NCBI GenBank assembly: GCA_016869515.1
Contig: VGDZ01000009.1
Span: 1,961-65,960 of the forward strand
Reading direction: 5' to 3'
DNA: 64,000 nt
DNA from: Alphaproteobacteria bacterium
GTDB lineage: Bacteria; Pseudomonadota; Alphaproteobacteria; VGDZ01
Shown here: piece after piece, positions 48,968 through 59,600 of the stretch
Position numbering within the stretch: position 1 is the stretch's first letter
Layout of the letters: each line of letters starts with the position of its first letter
Made by a program: the position numbers and the translations under genes
The notes under the pieces: model-generated
Told to the model about the DNA's origin: nothing
The model's database searches: none
The model's input: only the letters and a program-made list of their open reading frames with translations

Positions 48968-49462
48968 TCAATGCTTGTGCTGGTGTCCGGCCGCGCCGGG
49001 GCGTTCGATGCTGGCTTCGAGCGCCACCGCGCCGGCCTTCTCGAAGCGCAAAGTCAACGGCACCGACTCGCCGGCATTGAGCGGCCCCTTGAGATCCATC
49101 AGCATGATGTGCAGCCCGCCGGGCTTGAGTTCGACCTTGCCCCGCGCCGGCACGGCGATGGTCTCGACCGGGCGCATGCGCATGATGTCGCCGTCGCGCA
49201 CAGTATTGTGCAGCTCGACCTTGCCTGCGCGCGGCGATTCGCCGCCCAACAGCCGATCGCCCGCGCCACGATGGTGAAGTTCGAGGTAGACCGCGCCCAC
49301 CTTGCCGGCGGTGGCGCGCGACCAGGGATGTTCGATCGTCAAATCGCCGGCGACCACCTTGTCGCCGGGCCCGGCCCAGGCCGGTAGCGCCATCGCCAAG
49401 ACCAGGATTGCCAATGCCGCGCGCATGATCGACCTCGCATAAAAGGAGCGCTCATTTAGCAT
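48968..49462 (-). CDS. PCu(A)C periplasmic copper chaperone (DUF461)
   Basis: Signal peptide MRAALAILVLAMALPAWA, the H(M)x10Mx21HxM-type motif region (MRMRPVETIAVPARGKVELKPGGLHIMLM) and a His-rich C-terminus HQHKH. Confidence 0.8.
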   Translation of the reverse strand: MLNERSFYARSIMRAALAILVLAMALPAWAGPGDKVVAGDLTIEHPWSRATAGKVGAVYLELHHRGAGDRLLGGESPRAGKVELHNTVRDGDIMRMRPVETIAVPARGKVELKPGGLHIMLMDLKGPLNAGESVPLTLRFEKAGAVALEASIERPGAAGHQHKH

Positions 49463-49744
49463 TGAATGGCTAGCTAGTCGCGTGCGGCAAGAAAGCGCAC
49501 ATGGCCAAAGGGAAGGGGCTTATCCCCTAGATTTTGGGGGTTGTGGATGGTTTTTAACAAAATCTGGTTGACAGTCTTAGGCCGAACGACCTAGGCTCGC
49601 TTTCCGTCGCCGCTCTCGCAAGGCTTGAACAATGGCGAGTCCGGTAGACAAATCAGTGGGTTAGCGGCGATTCGCTGGAGCCGGGTGTGGGGCGCTCCAA
49701 CAAGCCGATTAAGAATGCACCCGGGTTCGCGGTGCGTCCGGTCT

Positions 49745-49835
49745 CCCGCATATCCATATAACTACTTGATAATAAAAGATTTATTTGCGATTCCCCCTTT
49801 ACAGTCGGATTTCCTCTCGCCTATAGTTCGCGTCC
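49745..49835 (+). promoter_or_regulatory. Atypically AT-rich island with short palindromes in the nrdJ 5' region; candidate NrdR operator/promoter
   Basis: The sequence cccgcatatccatataactacttgataataaaagatttatttgcgattc ... cctatagttcgcg lies 90-180 nt upstream of the nrdJ ATG in otherwise ~68% GC DNA. A TTGACA hexamer sits at 49568. The NrdR-box assignment is tentative. Confidence 0.3.
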
Positions 49836-49925
49836 GCGCCGAAGCCAGCTACTAGATATGGGGACGCCGATCGGGGCTGGGCGGAGCGGGACGACCTGGC
49901 GGTCAAGACATTCTGGGGGATTTGC

Positions 49926-52900
49926 ATGCGTATCGCTCGTCACTACACCCAAGCGGGTCGCGACGCCTATGACGGCATCGCCTTCGTCCAGCGCAGCAGC
50001 GAGATTCGCAAGGCCGACGGCTCGATCGTCGCGCGCACCAAGGACATCGAGGTGCCCGAAGCCTGGTCGCAGGTCGCGACCGATATCCTGGCGCAGAAGT
50101 ATTTCCGGCGCGCCGGCGTGCCCGCGATCCTGAAGCGGGTCGAGGAAAATGCCGTGCCGTCCTGGCTGTGGCGTTCGGCGGCCGACGATGCCGCGCTGGC
50201 CAAGTTGCCCGAGAAAGAGGGCATGGGCAGCGAGACCTCGGCCAAGCAGGTGTTCGATCGCCTGGCCGGAACCTGGACCTATTGGGGCTGGAAGGCGGGC
50301 TATTTCGACGCCGAGGACGACGCGCGCGCCTATTACGACGAAATGCGCGCCATGCTGGCCCGGCAGAAGGGCGCGCCCAACAGCCCGCAATGGTTCAATA
50401 CCGGCCTGCACTGGGCCTATGGCATCGACGGTCCGGCCCAGGGCCATCACTATGTCGACTATGTGACCGGCGAATTGGTGCGCTCGGCCTCGGCCTACGA
50501 ACATCCCCAGCCTCATGCCTGCTTCATCCAGTCGGTGGCCGACGATCTGGTCAACGAAGGCGGGATCATGGATCTGTGGGTGCGCGAGGCGCGCCTGTTC
50601 AAGTACGGCTCGGGCACCGGCTCGAACTTCTCCAACCTGCGCGGCGAGAACGAGCCGCTGTCGGGCGGCGGCAAGTCCTCGGGCCTGATGAGCTTCCTCA
50701 AGATCGGCGACCGCGCCGCCGGCGCGATCAAGTCGGGCGGCACCACCCGGCGCGCGGCCAAGATGGTGGTGGTCGACATCGATCATCCCGACATCGAGGA
50801 ATTCGTCGACTGGAAGGTGGTCGAGGAGCAGAAGGTGGCGGCGCTGGTGACCGGCTCGCGCCTGCACCACAAGCACCTCAACGCCATCATGCGCGCCTGC
50901 CAGGGCCAGGCCGAGGACCGCTTCGATCCCAAGGCCAATCCGGCCTTGCGCGCCGAGATCAAGGCGGCGCGGGCGGCGATGATCCCCGAAAACTACATCC
51001 AGCGCGCCATCGCCTTCGCCCGCCAGGGCTATGGCTCGATCGACTTCCGGGTCTACGACACCGACTGGACGTCCGAGGCCTATCTCACGGTCTCGGGCCA
51101 GAACGCCAACAACACCGTCCGCGTCACCGACGCCTTCCTCAAGGCGGTCGAAAGCGACGGCGACTGGACCCTGACCCGCCGCATCACCCGCGCCCCCCTC
51201 AAGACCCTCAAGGCGCGCGCGCTGTGGGACAAGATCGGCCACGCCGCCTGGGCCTCGGCCGACCCCGGCCTGCAGTTCCACGACACCATCAACGATTGGC
51301 ACACCTGCCCGGAATCGGGGCCGATCCGGGCCTCCAATCCGTGCTCGGAATACATGTTCCTCGACGACACCGCCTGCAATCTGGCCTCGCTCAACCTGCT
51401 GGCCTTCCACGGCGCCGACAAGCGCTTCGACATCGAGGGCTTCGAGCATGCCTGCCGGCTGTGGACCCTGACGCTGGAAATCTCGGTGCTGATGGCGCAG
51501 TTCCCCAGCCAGGAAATCGCCAAGCTGTCCTATCGCTACCGCACGCTCGGCCTCGGCTACGCCAATGTCGGTGGCCTGTTGATGTCCTCGGGCCTGGCCT
51601 ACGACAGCGAGGCCGGGCGGGCGCTGACCGGCGCGATCTCGGCCTTGATGACCGGCATCGGCTACGCCACCTCGGCCGAGCTGGCCGGGGAATGCGGCGC
51701 CTTCCCGGGCTATGCCGACAACGCCGCGTCGATGCGGCGGGTGATGCGCAACCATCGCCGCGCCGCCTATGGCGAACGCCGCGGTTACGAGGGTTTGCGC
51801 ACGCTGCCGGTCCCCTTGGATCACAAGAACTGCCCCGACGCCGAACTGGTCGCGGCCGCCTGCCAGGCATGGGACCGCGCAGTCGAACTGGGCGAGAAGA
51901 ACGGGTACCGCAACGCCCAGGCGACCTGCATCGCCCCCACCGGCACCATCGGCCTGGTGATGGATTGCGACACCACCGGCATCGAGCCCGATTTCGCCCT
52001 GGTCAAGTACAAGACCCTGGCCGGCGGCGGCTATTTCAAGATCATCAACCGCGCCGTGCCCGAGGCGCTGGAGGCGCTGGGCTACGACACGCTGCAGATC
52101 GACCGCATCGTGCGCTACGCCGTCGGCGCCGGCACGCTCGACGGCGCGCCCGGCGTCAACCACCAGGCGCTGCGCGCCAAGGGCTTCGGCGACGCCCAGA
52201 TCGCGGCGGTCGAGGGCGCGCTGGCCGGCGCCTTCGACATCGGTTTCGCCTTCAACAAGTACACCTTGGGCGAGACCTTCTGCATCGAGACCCTCAAGAT
52301 CCCGGCGGCCGAGCTCGACAGCATCGGCGGCGGGATGCTGGCGCGCATCGGCTTTTCCAAGGAGCAGATCGAGGCCGCCAACCTGCATGTCTGCGGCGCG
52401 ATGACGGTCGAGGGCGCGCCGCACCTCAAGCCCGAACACCTGCCGGTGTTCGACTGCGCCAACAAATGCGGCAAGATCGGCAGCCGCGCGCTGTCGGTCG
52501 AAAGCCACATCCACATGATGGCCGCGGCCCAGCCCTTCATCTCGGGCGCGATCTCCAAGACCATCAACATGCCCTACGAGGCGACGGTCGAGGACTGCAC
52601 CCGCGCCTACACCATGTCGTGGAAGCTGGCGCTCAAGGCCAACGCGCTCTATCGCGACCTGTCCAAGCTGTCGCAGCCGCTGGCGACCATCGCCTTGGGC
52701 GACGACGGCGCGTTCGAGGCCATCGCCGAGGCGGCGCCGGCCGAACGCCCGGTGGTGGTGGCCGAGCGCATCGTCGAACGCATCATCGACAGCCGCGGCA
52801 AGCGCGACCGCCTGCCGCACCGCCGCAAGGGCTACACCCAAAAGGCCGTGGTCGGCGGCCACAAGGTCTATCTGCGCACCGGCGAGTACGAGGACGGTCG

Positions 52901-53564
52901 GCTGGGCGAAATGTTCATCGACATGCACAAGGAAGGCGCCGCCTTCCGCTCGCTGATGAACAATTTCGCCATCGCCGTGTCGATCGGCCTGCAATACGGC
53001 GTGCCGCTGGAGGAGTTCGTCGAGGCCTTCACCTTCACCCGCTTCGAACCCGCCGGCCAGGTGATCGGCAACGACACCATCAAGATGTCGACCTCGATCC
53101 TGGATTACGTCTTCCGCGAGATCGCCATCAGCTATCTCGGCCGCAACGATTTGGCCCATGCCGAGCCGAGCGATCTCGCGCCCGACACGCTGGGCGAGGG
53201 CGAGCGCGAGGGCCATCTGCCCGAGCGGGCGGCGCCGCCGGCGGCGGTGACGCGGCTGGCCAGCCAGGGCTTCATGCGCTCGAAGCTCTATGTGCTGTCG
53301 AACGCGCGCGCCACCGGCACCGACGGCGGGGCGGGGGTCGCGACCGCGCAACTGGCGGTGACCGCGACCGAAACCCGCAGCGTGACGCTGGGCGTGAGCG
53401 AAAGCGTGATGGCGGCGGTCGATTCCAAGCTCGAAGCCATGCGGCTGGCCAAGCAGAAAGGCTACGAGGGCGATTCCTGCCCCGAATGCGGCAATTTCAC
53501 GCTGGTCCGCAACGGCACCTGCCTCAAATGCCAGACTTGCGGCGGCACCACCGGCTGTAGCTAA
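49926..53564 (+). CDS. nrdJ: Class II (adenosylcobalamin-dependent) ribonucleotide reductase
   Basis: 1212 aa. Conserved NrdJ blocks include the N-terminal [20 protein letters not shown], the active-site cysteine region ([21 protein letters not shown]) and the C-terminal zinc-ribbon [23 protein letters not shown]. Confidence 0.9.
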   Translation: MRIARHYTQAGRDAYDGIAFVQRSSEIRKADGSIVARTKDIEVPEAWSQVATDILAQKYFRRAGVPAILKRVEENAVPSWLWRSAADDAALAKLPEKEGMGSETSAKQVFDRLAGTWTYWGWKAGYFDAEDDARAYYDEMRAMLARQKGAPNSPQWFNTGLHWAYGIDGPAQGHHYVDYVTGELVRSASAYEHPQPHACFIQSVADDLVNEGGIMDLWVREARLFKYGSGTGSNFSNLRGENEPLSGGGKSSGLMSFLKIGDRAAGAIKSGGTTRRAAKMVVVDIDHPDIEEFVDWKVVEEQKVAALVTGSRLHHKHLNAIMRACQGQAEDRFDPKANPALRAEIKAARAAMIPENYIQRAIAFARQGYGSIDFRVYDTDWTSEAYLTVSGQNANNTVRVTDAFLKAVESDGDWTLTRRITRAPLKTLKARALWDKIGHAAWASADPGLQFHDTINDWHTCPESGPIRASNPCSEYMFLDDTACNLASLNLLAFHGADKRFDIEGFEHACRLWTLTLEISVLMAQFPSQEIAKLSYRYRTLGLGYANVGGLLMSSGLAYDSEAGRALTGAISALMTGIGYATSAELAGECGAFPGYADNAASMRRVMRNHRRAAYGERRGYEGLRTLPVPLDHKNCPDAELVAAACQAWDRAVELGEKNGYRNAQATCIAPTGTIGLVMDCDTTGIEPDFALVKYKTLAGGGYFKIINRAVPEALEALGYDTLQIDRIVRYAVGAGTLDGAPGVNHQALRAKGFGDAQIAAVEGALAGAFDIGFAFNKYTLGETFCIETLKIPAAELDSIGGGMLARIGFSKEQIEAANLHVCGAMTVEGAPHLKPEHLPVFDCANKCGKIGSRALSVESHIHMMAAAQPFISGAISKTINMPYEATVEDCTRAYTMSWKLALKANALYRDLSKLSQPLATIALGDDGAFEAIAEAAPAERPVVVAERIVERIIDSRGKRDRLPHRRKGYTQKAVVGGHKVYLRTGEYEDGRLGEMFIDMHKEGAAFRSLMNNFAIAVSIGLQYGVPLEEFVEAFTFTRFEPAGQVIGNDTIKMSTSILDYVFREIAISYLGRNDLAHAEPSDLAPDTLGEGEREGHLPERAAPPAAVTRLASQGFMRSKLYVLSNARATGTDGGAGVATAQLAVTATETRSVTLGVSESVMAAVDSKLEAMRLAKQKGYEGDSCPECGNFTLVRNGTCLKCQTCGGTTGCS

Positions 53565-54355
53565 TCGCCCGCGGTAAAGAAGGCCAGCATCAGGGCGATG
53601 CTGGCCTCGAACATGTCGACCCCGGTCGCGGTCGCGCAGCCCAGCGCCCGCGCCGCGGCCAATAGCGGCGTCACCTCGGGCAAGGTGATGACCTCGCCGA
53701 CGAACATGCCGGGCCGAAGCTTGTCGCCTTGCACCGGCAGCGGATCGTCCGCCCGCATACCGGCGGGCGTGGCATTGACGATCAGGTCGTGGCCCGAGGG
53801 ATCGGCCGATCCGATCGCGACCCGGCCGGGATAGGCGGCGGCAAGCCTTGCCGCCAGCGCCACCGCGCGCTCGGCATCGCTGTCGTGGATGGCGAGCTTG
53901 GCGAGGCCGGCGTTCAGCAATTCGAGGCCGATGGCGCTGCCGGCGCCGCCCGCGCCGACCAGCAGGCCGCGTTTGCCGGCGGGCCTGAACCCGGCACGCT
54001 CGATGGCGCGCACGAAGGCCAGCCCGTCCAGCATGTCGGCATGCCAGCCGGCCGGCTTGCGCCTGAGCACGTTGGCGGCGCCCAAGCGGCGCGCGCGGTC
54101 CGAGGCCGTCGCGGCGTGGCGCAAGGCGGCGAATTTGTGCGGCACCGTCGCCAGCAGGCCGTCGACGTTGGCGGCGCGGTCCATGGCGGCGAAGAATCCG
54201 GCGATGTCGGCCGGCGCGACCTGAAACGGCACCACCAGCCGATCGAAGCCGGCGGCACGAAAGGCGCGGCTGAGGCCGGCGGGCGCCTTCACCTGGGCGA
54301 TGGGATCGCCGACGATCGGCAGGATGCGGGTCGCGCCGCCATAGCCCTCGAACAT
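53561..54355 (-). CDS. Shikimate/quinate 5-dehydrogenase family protein (AroE-like)
   Basis: Substrate-binding N-domain ([18 protein letters not shown]...) and Rossmann motif [16 protein letters not shown], plus NATPAGM. Length 264 aa. ATGA overlap with nrdJ's 3' end on the opposite strand. Confidence 0.7.
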   Translation of the reverse strand: MFEGYGGATRILPIVGDPIAQVKAPAGLSRAFRAAGFDRLVVPFQVAPADIAGFFAAMDRAANVDGLLATVPHKFAALRHAATASDRARRLGAANVLRRKPAGWHADMLDGLAFVRAIERAGFRPAGKRGLLVGAGGAGSAIGLELLNAGLAKLAIHDSDAERAVALAARLAAAYPGRVAIGSADPSGHDLIVNATPAGMRADDPLPVQGDKLRPGMFVGEVITLPEVTPLLAAARALGCATATGVDMFEASIALMLAFFTAGD

Positions 54356-54361
54356 GTCCGG

Positions 54362-55165
54362 CTACGCCATTCGGGCCAGCACGCGCCGCGCCGCCTCGGC
54401 CGCAAGCCGCGCGCGCTCATGGTGCGAGAGGTGGCGAAGCGCCTTGCAGGGCGCCTCGACCGCAAGCGGGACATCGGGCGGCAAGGCACGGATCAGGTCC
54501 TCGAGCCAGAGCTCGCCCTCGCCCGGCAGGCGCCGGTCCTCGCGCGCCTCGTGGCGCAGATCGCCGTCGGCCGGCGGCGCAAGCGGCGCATCGCAGATCT
54601 GGCCGTAGGACAGCAGCGCCGGATCGATCGCCGCGAGATCGCGCGGATGGCCGCCGGAGCGCCTGAGATGCAGCGCATCGATCAGCAGCCCGGCATCGCG
54701 CGCGCCCGCGCCGCGGAGCAGGTCGAGCGCCGCGGCCAGGTCGGGCACGCTCGAATAGGGGATGAACTCGAACATCGGCCGCAAGCCTACGCCATTGGCG
54801 CTATCGCACAACCGGCCGAGATTCTCGATCAGCCGCGCGCGCTCGGGATCGAACCCGACCGTCAGCAGGTAGCGCGCACCAAGCTCGGCGCCGGCCTCCA
54901 ACACCGGGCGCAGGCTTTCGACGCGCGTGTCCGGCCGCAGCCACACCGCCTCGATGTCCAATACCGAAATGCCGCCGGCACGCTGCGCGGCCTTGACCGC
55001 GCGCATGGCCTCGGGCCGGCCGACCAGGGGAAACACCCCATCGCCCGGCAGCGGCGCCACCAGCCGCAGGCCGATGGCGTCGAACCCGGCGCTCGCGGCA
55101 GCATCGATCAGCGCCTCGGGTCCGGCATCGAGTAGCGTGAGATGGGCCAGAGTCAGAGGCCGCAT
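54362..55165 (-). CDS. Sugar-phosphate isomerase/epimerase (xylose-isomerase-like TIM barrel)
   Basis: AP-endonuclease-2/xylose-isomerase-like TIM-barrel features (GFDAIGLRL..., LDIEAVWLRPD, FEFIPYSS). Length 267 aa. Stop lies 6 nt after the shikimate-DH-like gene start. Confidence 0.6.
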   Translation of the reverse strand: MRPLTLAHLTLLDAGPEALIDAAASAGFDAIGLRLVAPLPGDGVFPLVGRPEAMRAVKAAQRAGGISVLDIEAVWLRPDTRVESLRPVLEAGAELGARYLLTVGFDPERARLIENLGRLCDSANGVGLRPMFEFIPYSSVPDLAAALDLLRGAGARDAGLLIDALHLRRSGGHPRDLAAIDPALLSYGQICDAPLAPPADGDLRHEAREDRRLPGEGELWLEDLIRALPPDVPLAVEAPCKALRHLSHHERARLAAEAARRVLARMA

Positions 55166-55180
55166 CGTGCCCCCCGTCGG

Positions 55181-55429
55181 TTACTTGGCGATCCCGCCTC
55201 GACGCCGCAGGTCGATCATCGATCTGACGATGGTTAGCGGCATGTCGTTGGCGGTGCGCGCCTTGACCAGCGAGCGATCGACCTGGGCCCAAAGATCGGG
55301 ATCGGTGTCGTGCGCCGAGAATACCAGGATCGACGGGGCCGGCGCGACTTCGGCCACCACCGGGCTCAAGCGGCCGCCGATTGCGGCGACCAGATCGGGC
55401 ATCTCGGCGAAGGTCTTGAGATTGGCCAA
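55181..55429 (-). CDS. Small hypothetical protein (82 aa), doubtful
   Basis: The ORF begins with TTG. The first ATG is 10 codons in. No recognisable motif. Retained only because it fills the gap in an otherwise gene-dense operon. Confidence 0.25.
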   Translation of the reverse strand: MANLKTFAEMPDLVAAIGGRLSPVVAEVAPAPSILVFSAHDTDPDLWAQVDRSLVKARTANDMPLTIVRSMIDLRRRGGIAK

Positions 55430-55431
55430 CC

Positions 55432-56829
55432 CTAGGGCGTGATCGATCTGTCTTGAACTCTATGGTTCAAGACAAATCGATCATGCCCTGGAGCGGCCTT
55501 AGAGTTGAGCCAAACCTCCATGGAGATTCGCGCCCGAGCGGTGATGGCGAGCTTCTTGTCCTTGCCGCGCAGTCCGGGCGGATCGGGCTCGGGAAACAGC
55601 CCGAAATTGACGTTCATCGGCTGGAACGACTCGGCCTTGCCGCCGCCGGTGATGTGGCCCAGCAGCGCGCCCAGCGCCGTTTCGAGTGGCGGCGGGGGCA
55701 GGCTTTGGCCGCGCTGCTCGGCCGCCGCCATGCGCCCGGCCAAGAGGCCGATGGCGGCGCTTTCGACATAGCCTTCGACGCCGGTGATCTGGCCGGCGAA
55801 GCGCAGGCGCGGTTCGGCCTTCAGCCGCAGTTGGGGATCGAGCAAAGCGGGACTGTTGATGAAGGTGTTGCGATGCAGCCCGCCCAGGCGGGCGAATTCC
55901 GCGCGCTCGAGTCCGGGGATGGTGCGGAACAGCCGCACCTGCTCGGCGTGCTTCAGCTTGGTCTGGAAGCCGACGATGTTGAAAAGCGTGCCCAGCGCGT
56001 TGTCCTGGCGCAGCTGCACCACGGCATGAGGCCGCCGGCCGGTGCGGGGATCGATCAGCCCGACCGGCTTCATCGGCCCGAAGGCCAAGGTGCGCGGTCC
56101 CTGCGCCGCCATCACCTCGATCGGCAGGCAGCCGCTGAAATAGGGCGTGTCCTTCTCCCAGTCGCGAAACGCCACCGTATCGCCCGCCAGCAGGGCGGCG
56201 ACGAAGGTGTCGTACTGCTCTCGGGTCAAGGGACAGTTGATGTAATCGGCGCCGCTGCCGCCGGGGCCCGGCTTGTCGTAGCGCGACTGGAACCAGGCGA
56301 TGTCGAAATCGATCGAATCCCTGTGCACGATCGGCGCGATGGCATCGAAAAAGGCCAGCGAGTCCACGCCGGTCAGGCTGTGGATCGCCTCGGCCAAAGC
56401 GGGCGCGGTCAAGGGTCCGGTGGCGATGACGACGCTGCCCCAGTCGGCCGGCGGCAAGCCGCCGACCTCCCCGCGCCGGATCGAGATCAGGTCCTGACCG
56501 GCCAATGCCGCCTCGACCGCGCGCGAAAACCCTACTCGGTCGACCGCCAGCGCCGATCCCGCCGGGACCTGGCAGCGATCGGCGGCCGTCATCACCACCG
56601 AGTCCAGGCGCCGCATCTCCTGGTGCAGCAGGCCGACGGCGTTGTATTCGGCGTCGTCGGAGCGGAAGGAATTCGAGCACACCAGCTCGGCCAGAGCGCC
56701 CGAGACATGCGCCGGCGTCGTCCGCTCCGGCCGCATCTCGTGCAGCACGACGGGCACGCCCGCGCGCGCGATCTGCCAAGCCGCCTCGCAGCCGGCGAGG
56801 CCGCCGCCGATGACATGGATGGCATGCAT
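55432..56829 (-). CDS. trmFO: Methylenetetrahydrofolate-tRNA-(uracil54-C5)-methyltransferase TrmFO
   Basis: [34 protein letters not shown] is the FAD-binding TrmFO/Gid N-terminus, with conserved downstream blocks ([28 protein letters not shown]). The last ~18 codons are encoded by repeat copy B. Confidence 0.85.
   Translation of the reverse strand: MHAIHVIGGGLAGCEAAWQIARAGVPVVLHEMRPERTTPAHVSGALAELVCSNSFRSDDAEYNAVGLLHQEMRRLDSVVMTAADRCQVPAGSALAVDRVGFSRAVEAALAGQDLISIRRGEVGGLPPADWGSVVIATGPLTAPALAEAIHSLTGVDSLAFFDAIAPIVHRDSIDFDIAWFQSRYDKPGPGGSGADYINCPLTREQYDTFVAALLAGDTVAFRDWEKDTPYFSGCLPIEVMAAQGPRTLAFGPMKPVGLIDPRTGRRPHAVVQLRQDNALGTLFNIVGFQTKLKHAEQVRLFRTIPGLERAEFARLGGLHRNTFINSPALLDPQLRLKAEPRLRFAGQITGVEGYVESAAIGLLAGRMAAAEQRGQSLPPPPLETALGALLGHITGGGKAESFQPMNVNFGLFPEPDPPGLRGKDKKLAITARARISMEVWLNSKAAPGHDRFVLNHRVQDRSITP
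55435..55488. repeat. Palindromic repeat, module 1 only (copy B), embedded in the 3' end of the trmFO reading frame
   Basis: gggcgtgatcgatctgtcttgaactctatggttcaagacaaatcgatcatgccc is a near-perfect ~24-bp-stem hairpin homologous to 62330-62386 and to the reverse complement of 29688-29743. Translation gives the shared artefact peptide ...LNHRVQDRS seen in three ORFs. Confidence 0.85.
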
Positions 56830-56896
56830 GTCGGCATTCTAGCATCCCGGCGGCGGCTGCATTATGGTTCGCGCCTTCGATCGAGGAGACCGCTTC

Positions 56897-58651
56897 ATGC
56901 CCCGCGCGCGTACTGCCAAGCCCGCCACGTCCGGTTCCAAGTCCAAGCGCGACACGCTGCCCTCGCGCTACGTCACGCGCGGTCCCGACCGGGCGCCCAA
57001 CCGCAGCTATTTCTACGCCATGGGTCTCAGCCGCGAGCAGATCGAGCGGCCGCTGGTCGGCGTGGTGACGACTTGGAACGAGGCCGCGCCCTGCAACACC
57101 GCGCTGCGCCGCCAGGCCCAGCCGGCCAAGGAAGGCGTGGCCGAGGCCGGCGGCACGGCGCGCGAGTTCACCACCATCACCGTCACCGACGGCATCGCCA
57201 TGGGCCATCAGGGCATGAAGTCCTCGCTGGTCAGCCGCGAGGTGATCGCCGATTCGATCGAGCTGACCATGCGCGGCCACAGCTACGACGCGCTGGTCGG
57301 CCTGGCCGGCTGCGACAAGTCGCTGCCGGGCGTGATGATGGCGATGTGCCGGCTGAACGTGCCTTCGGTATTCATGTACGGCGGTTCGATCGTGCCCGGC
57401 CGCTTCCGCGGCAAGGACGTCACGGTGCAGGACGTGTTCGAGGCGGTCGGCCAGTACGCCGCCGGCAAGCTGGACCGGGCCTCGCTCGACGAACTCGAAA
57501 GCGTCGCCTGTCCCTCGGACGGCGCTTGCGGCGCGCAATACACCGCCAACACCATGGCCTGCGTGTCGGAAGCCATCGGGCTCGCCTTGCCGGGTTCGGC
57601 CGGGGCGCCCGCGCCCTATGCCTTGCGCGATTCCTACGCCAAGGCCTCGGGCATGGCGGTGATGGCGCTGCTGAAGAAGCGCATCCGCGCCCGCGACATC
57701 GTCACCCGCGAGGCGCTGGAGAACGCCGCCGCGGTGGTCTCGGCCACCGGCGGCTCGACCAACGCCGCGCTGCATCTGCCGGCGATCGCCGCCGAGTGCG
57801 GCATCGCGTTCGATCTGTTCGACGTCGCCAAGGTCTTCCGCCGCGTGCCTTACATCGCCGACCTCAAGCCCGGCGGCAAGTTCGCCGCCAAGGACCTTTA
57901 CGAGGCCGGCGGCGTGCCGATCGTGATGAAAACGCTGCTCGACGGCGGCTATCTCGACGGGCGCTGCCTGACCGTCAGCGGCCGGACCATCGCCGAGAAC
58001 CTGCGCCACGTGAAGTTTCCCAAGGATCAGGTCGTGGTCCGCGCGCACGACAATCCGCTGAGCGAGAATGGCGGCGTGGTCGAGCTGCGCGGCAACCTTG
58101 CCCCCGAGGGCGCCATCGTCAAGATCGCCGGCATGAACCGGCTGCGCCATTCCGGCCCGGCGCGCGTCTTCGACAGCGAGGAGGCTGCCTTCGCCTTCGT
58201 CAGCGCCCGCAAATGGAGGAAGGGCGACGTCATCGTCATCCGCTACGAGGGACCCAAGGGCGGTCCCGGCATGCGCGAGATGCTGGCCACTACCGCGGCG
58301 CTTTACGGCCAGGGCGCGGGCGACCAAGTGGCCTTGATCACCGACGGTCGTTTCTCGGGCGCGACCCGCGGCTTCTGCATCGGCCATGTCGGCCCCGAGG
58401 CGGCGGTGGGCGGACCGATCGGCTTGCTCAAGGAGGGCGACATCATCACCCTCGATGCGCTCAAGGGCGAAATCAGCGTCGCGCTCTCGAACCAGGAACT
58501 GAACCGCCGCCGCAAGCAATGGAAGCCGCGCCGCACCGACTACAATTCCGGCGCTCTGTGGAAATACGCACAAACCGTGGGCTCGGCGCGGTTCGGTGCC
58601 TTGACTCAGCCGGGCGGCAAGGCTGAATCGCATGTCTATGCCGACATCTGA
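56897..58651 (+). CDS. ilvD: IlvD/EDD-family dehydratase (dihydroxy-acid dehydratase-like)
   Basis: Conserved blocks [41 protein letters not shown] (Fe-S cysteine), [17 protein letters not shown]. The start is either 56864 or the internal MPRART at 56897. Confidence 0.75.
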   Translation: MPRARTAKPATSGSKSKRDTLPSRYVTRGPDRAPNRSYFYAMGLSREQIERPLVGVVTTWNEAAPCNTALRRQAQPAKEGVAEAGGTAREFTTITVTDGIAMGHQGMKSSLVSREVIADSIELTMRGHSYDALVGLAGCDKSLPGVMMAMCRLNVPSVFMYGGSIVPGRFRGKDVTVQDVFEAVGQYAAGKLDRASLDELESVACPSDGACGAQYTANTMACVSEAIGLALPGSAGAPAPYALRDSYAKASGMAVMALLKKRIRARDIVTREALENAAAVVSATGGSTNAALHLPAIAAECGIAFDLFDVAKVFRRVPYIADLKPGGKFAAKDLYEAGGVPIVMKTLLDGGYLDGRCLTVSGRTIAENLRHVKFPKDQVVVRAHDNPLSENGGVVELRGNLAPEGAIVKIAGMNRLRHSGPARVFDSEEAAFAFVSARKWRKGDVIVIRYEGPKGGPGMREMLATTAALYGQGAGDQVALITDGRFSGATRGFCIGHVGPEAAVGGPIGLLKEGDIITLDALKGEISVALSNQELNRRRKQWKPRRTDYNSGALWKYAQTVGSARFGALTQPGGKAESHVYADI

Positions 58652-58664
58652 GGGGAGGGTCACC

Positions 58665-59564
58665 ATGCGGTCCAACATCTTCGCTCTGGGACTTGTCGCC
58701 GGCATCGGCTTTGCGGCAACGGCTTGGGCTCAAGCCCAACCCGCGCAGCCGGCCGCGCCGCAGCGCGATCTGCTGCGCGATCCGATCCGCGAGATTTCGA
58801 AGATCGCGGGCGAGGTCTATCGCTTCCGCAACAACTTCCACTACACCGTGTTCGCGGTCACGCCGGCCGGCGTGATCGCCACCGATCCGATCAACAAGGG
58901 CGCGGCCGAGTGGCTCAAGGCCGAAATCAAGAGCCGCTTCAACCAGCAGGTCCGCTATCTGGTCTACAGCCACGACCATGCCGATCACATTTCGGGCGGC
59001 GAGGTCTTCGCCGCCGACGGCGCGATCGTCATCGCCCATGAAAACGCCAAGATCCAAGTGGTTGGCGAGAAGCGGCCGACCGCAGTGCCGCAGGTCACCT
59101 TCTCCGAACGCATGACCTTGGAGTTGGGCGGGAGCACTGTCGAATTGCTCTATCTCGGCAAGAATCATTCCGACAACACGGTGGTGATGCATTTTCCGCG
59201 CGAGCGGTTGATCTTCACCGTCGACTGGATCCCGGTGCAGTCCATCGCCTTCCGCGACTTTCCCGACGCCTACATCGCCGATTGGATCGACGGGCTGAGG
59301 AAGGTCGAGGCGATGGATTTCGACATCCTCGCGCCAGGTCACGGCCCGCTCGGCAACAAGCAGAGCGTGCGCGACTATCGGCTCTACATGGAAGACCTGC
59401 GCGGCCAAGTGCTGAAGCTGGTGCGCGAGGGCAAGAGCCGCGACGAGGCCAAGCAGTTGGTCGACATCAAGAAGTACTCCGCGGCCACCAACTTCGAGCA
59501 GATGTGGCAGCTCAACATCGAGGGCATGTACAACCACGTTACGGCCACGCGCCGCCCGAACTGA
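58665..59564 (+). CDS. MBL-fold metallo-hydrolase, secreted
   Basis: Signal peptide MRSNIFALGLVAGIGFAATAWA. Metallo-beta-lactamase HxHxDH motif YSHDHADHISGG plus downstream His/Asp ligands. Confidence 0.7.
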   Translation: MRSNIFALGLVAGIGFAATAWAQAQPAQPAAPQRDLLRDPIREISKIAGEVYRFRNNFHYTVFAVTPAGVIATDPINKGAAEWLKAEIKSRFNQQVRYLVYSHDHADHISGGEVFAADGAIVIAHENAKIQVVGEKRPTAVPQVTFSERMTLELGGSTVELLYLGKNHSDNTVVMHFPRERLIFTVDWIPVQSIAFRDFPDAYIADWIDGLRKVEAMDFDILAPGHGPLGNKQSVRDYRLYMEDLRGQVLKLVREGKSRDEAKQLVDIKKYSAATNFEQMWQLNIEGMYNHVTATRRPN

Positions 59565-59600
59565 CGGCGCAACTTAAACCGGCCACCGGGAGAGCAGGAC

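Noticed and set aside
49463-49925. Cobalamin riboswitch upstream of nrdJ
   Set aside because: No recognisable B12-box (…AGYCMGGAAGACCKGCC…) or conserved riboswitch helices were found by eye. B12 riboswitches normally control B12-independent isozymes, not nrdJ. The region is left as a candidate operator/leader instead.
49821-53560. 1176-aa minus-strand ORF and 1130-aa alternative plus-frame ORF over nrdJ
   Set aside because: nrdJ (49926..53564) carries the full set of class II RNR blocks. The alternative frames are Arg/Gly-rich artefacts.
55453-58705. 1057-aa plus and 1068-aa minus ORFs overlapping trmFO and ilvD
   Set aside because: Both are off-frame or antisense to genes with strong family signatures and have low-complexity composition.
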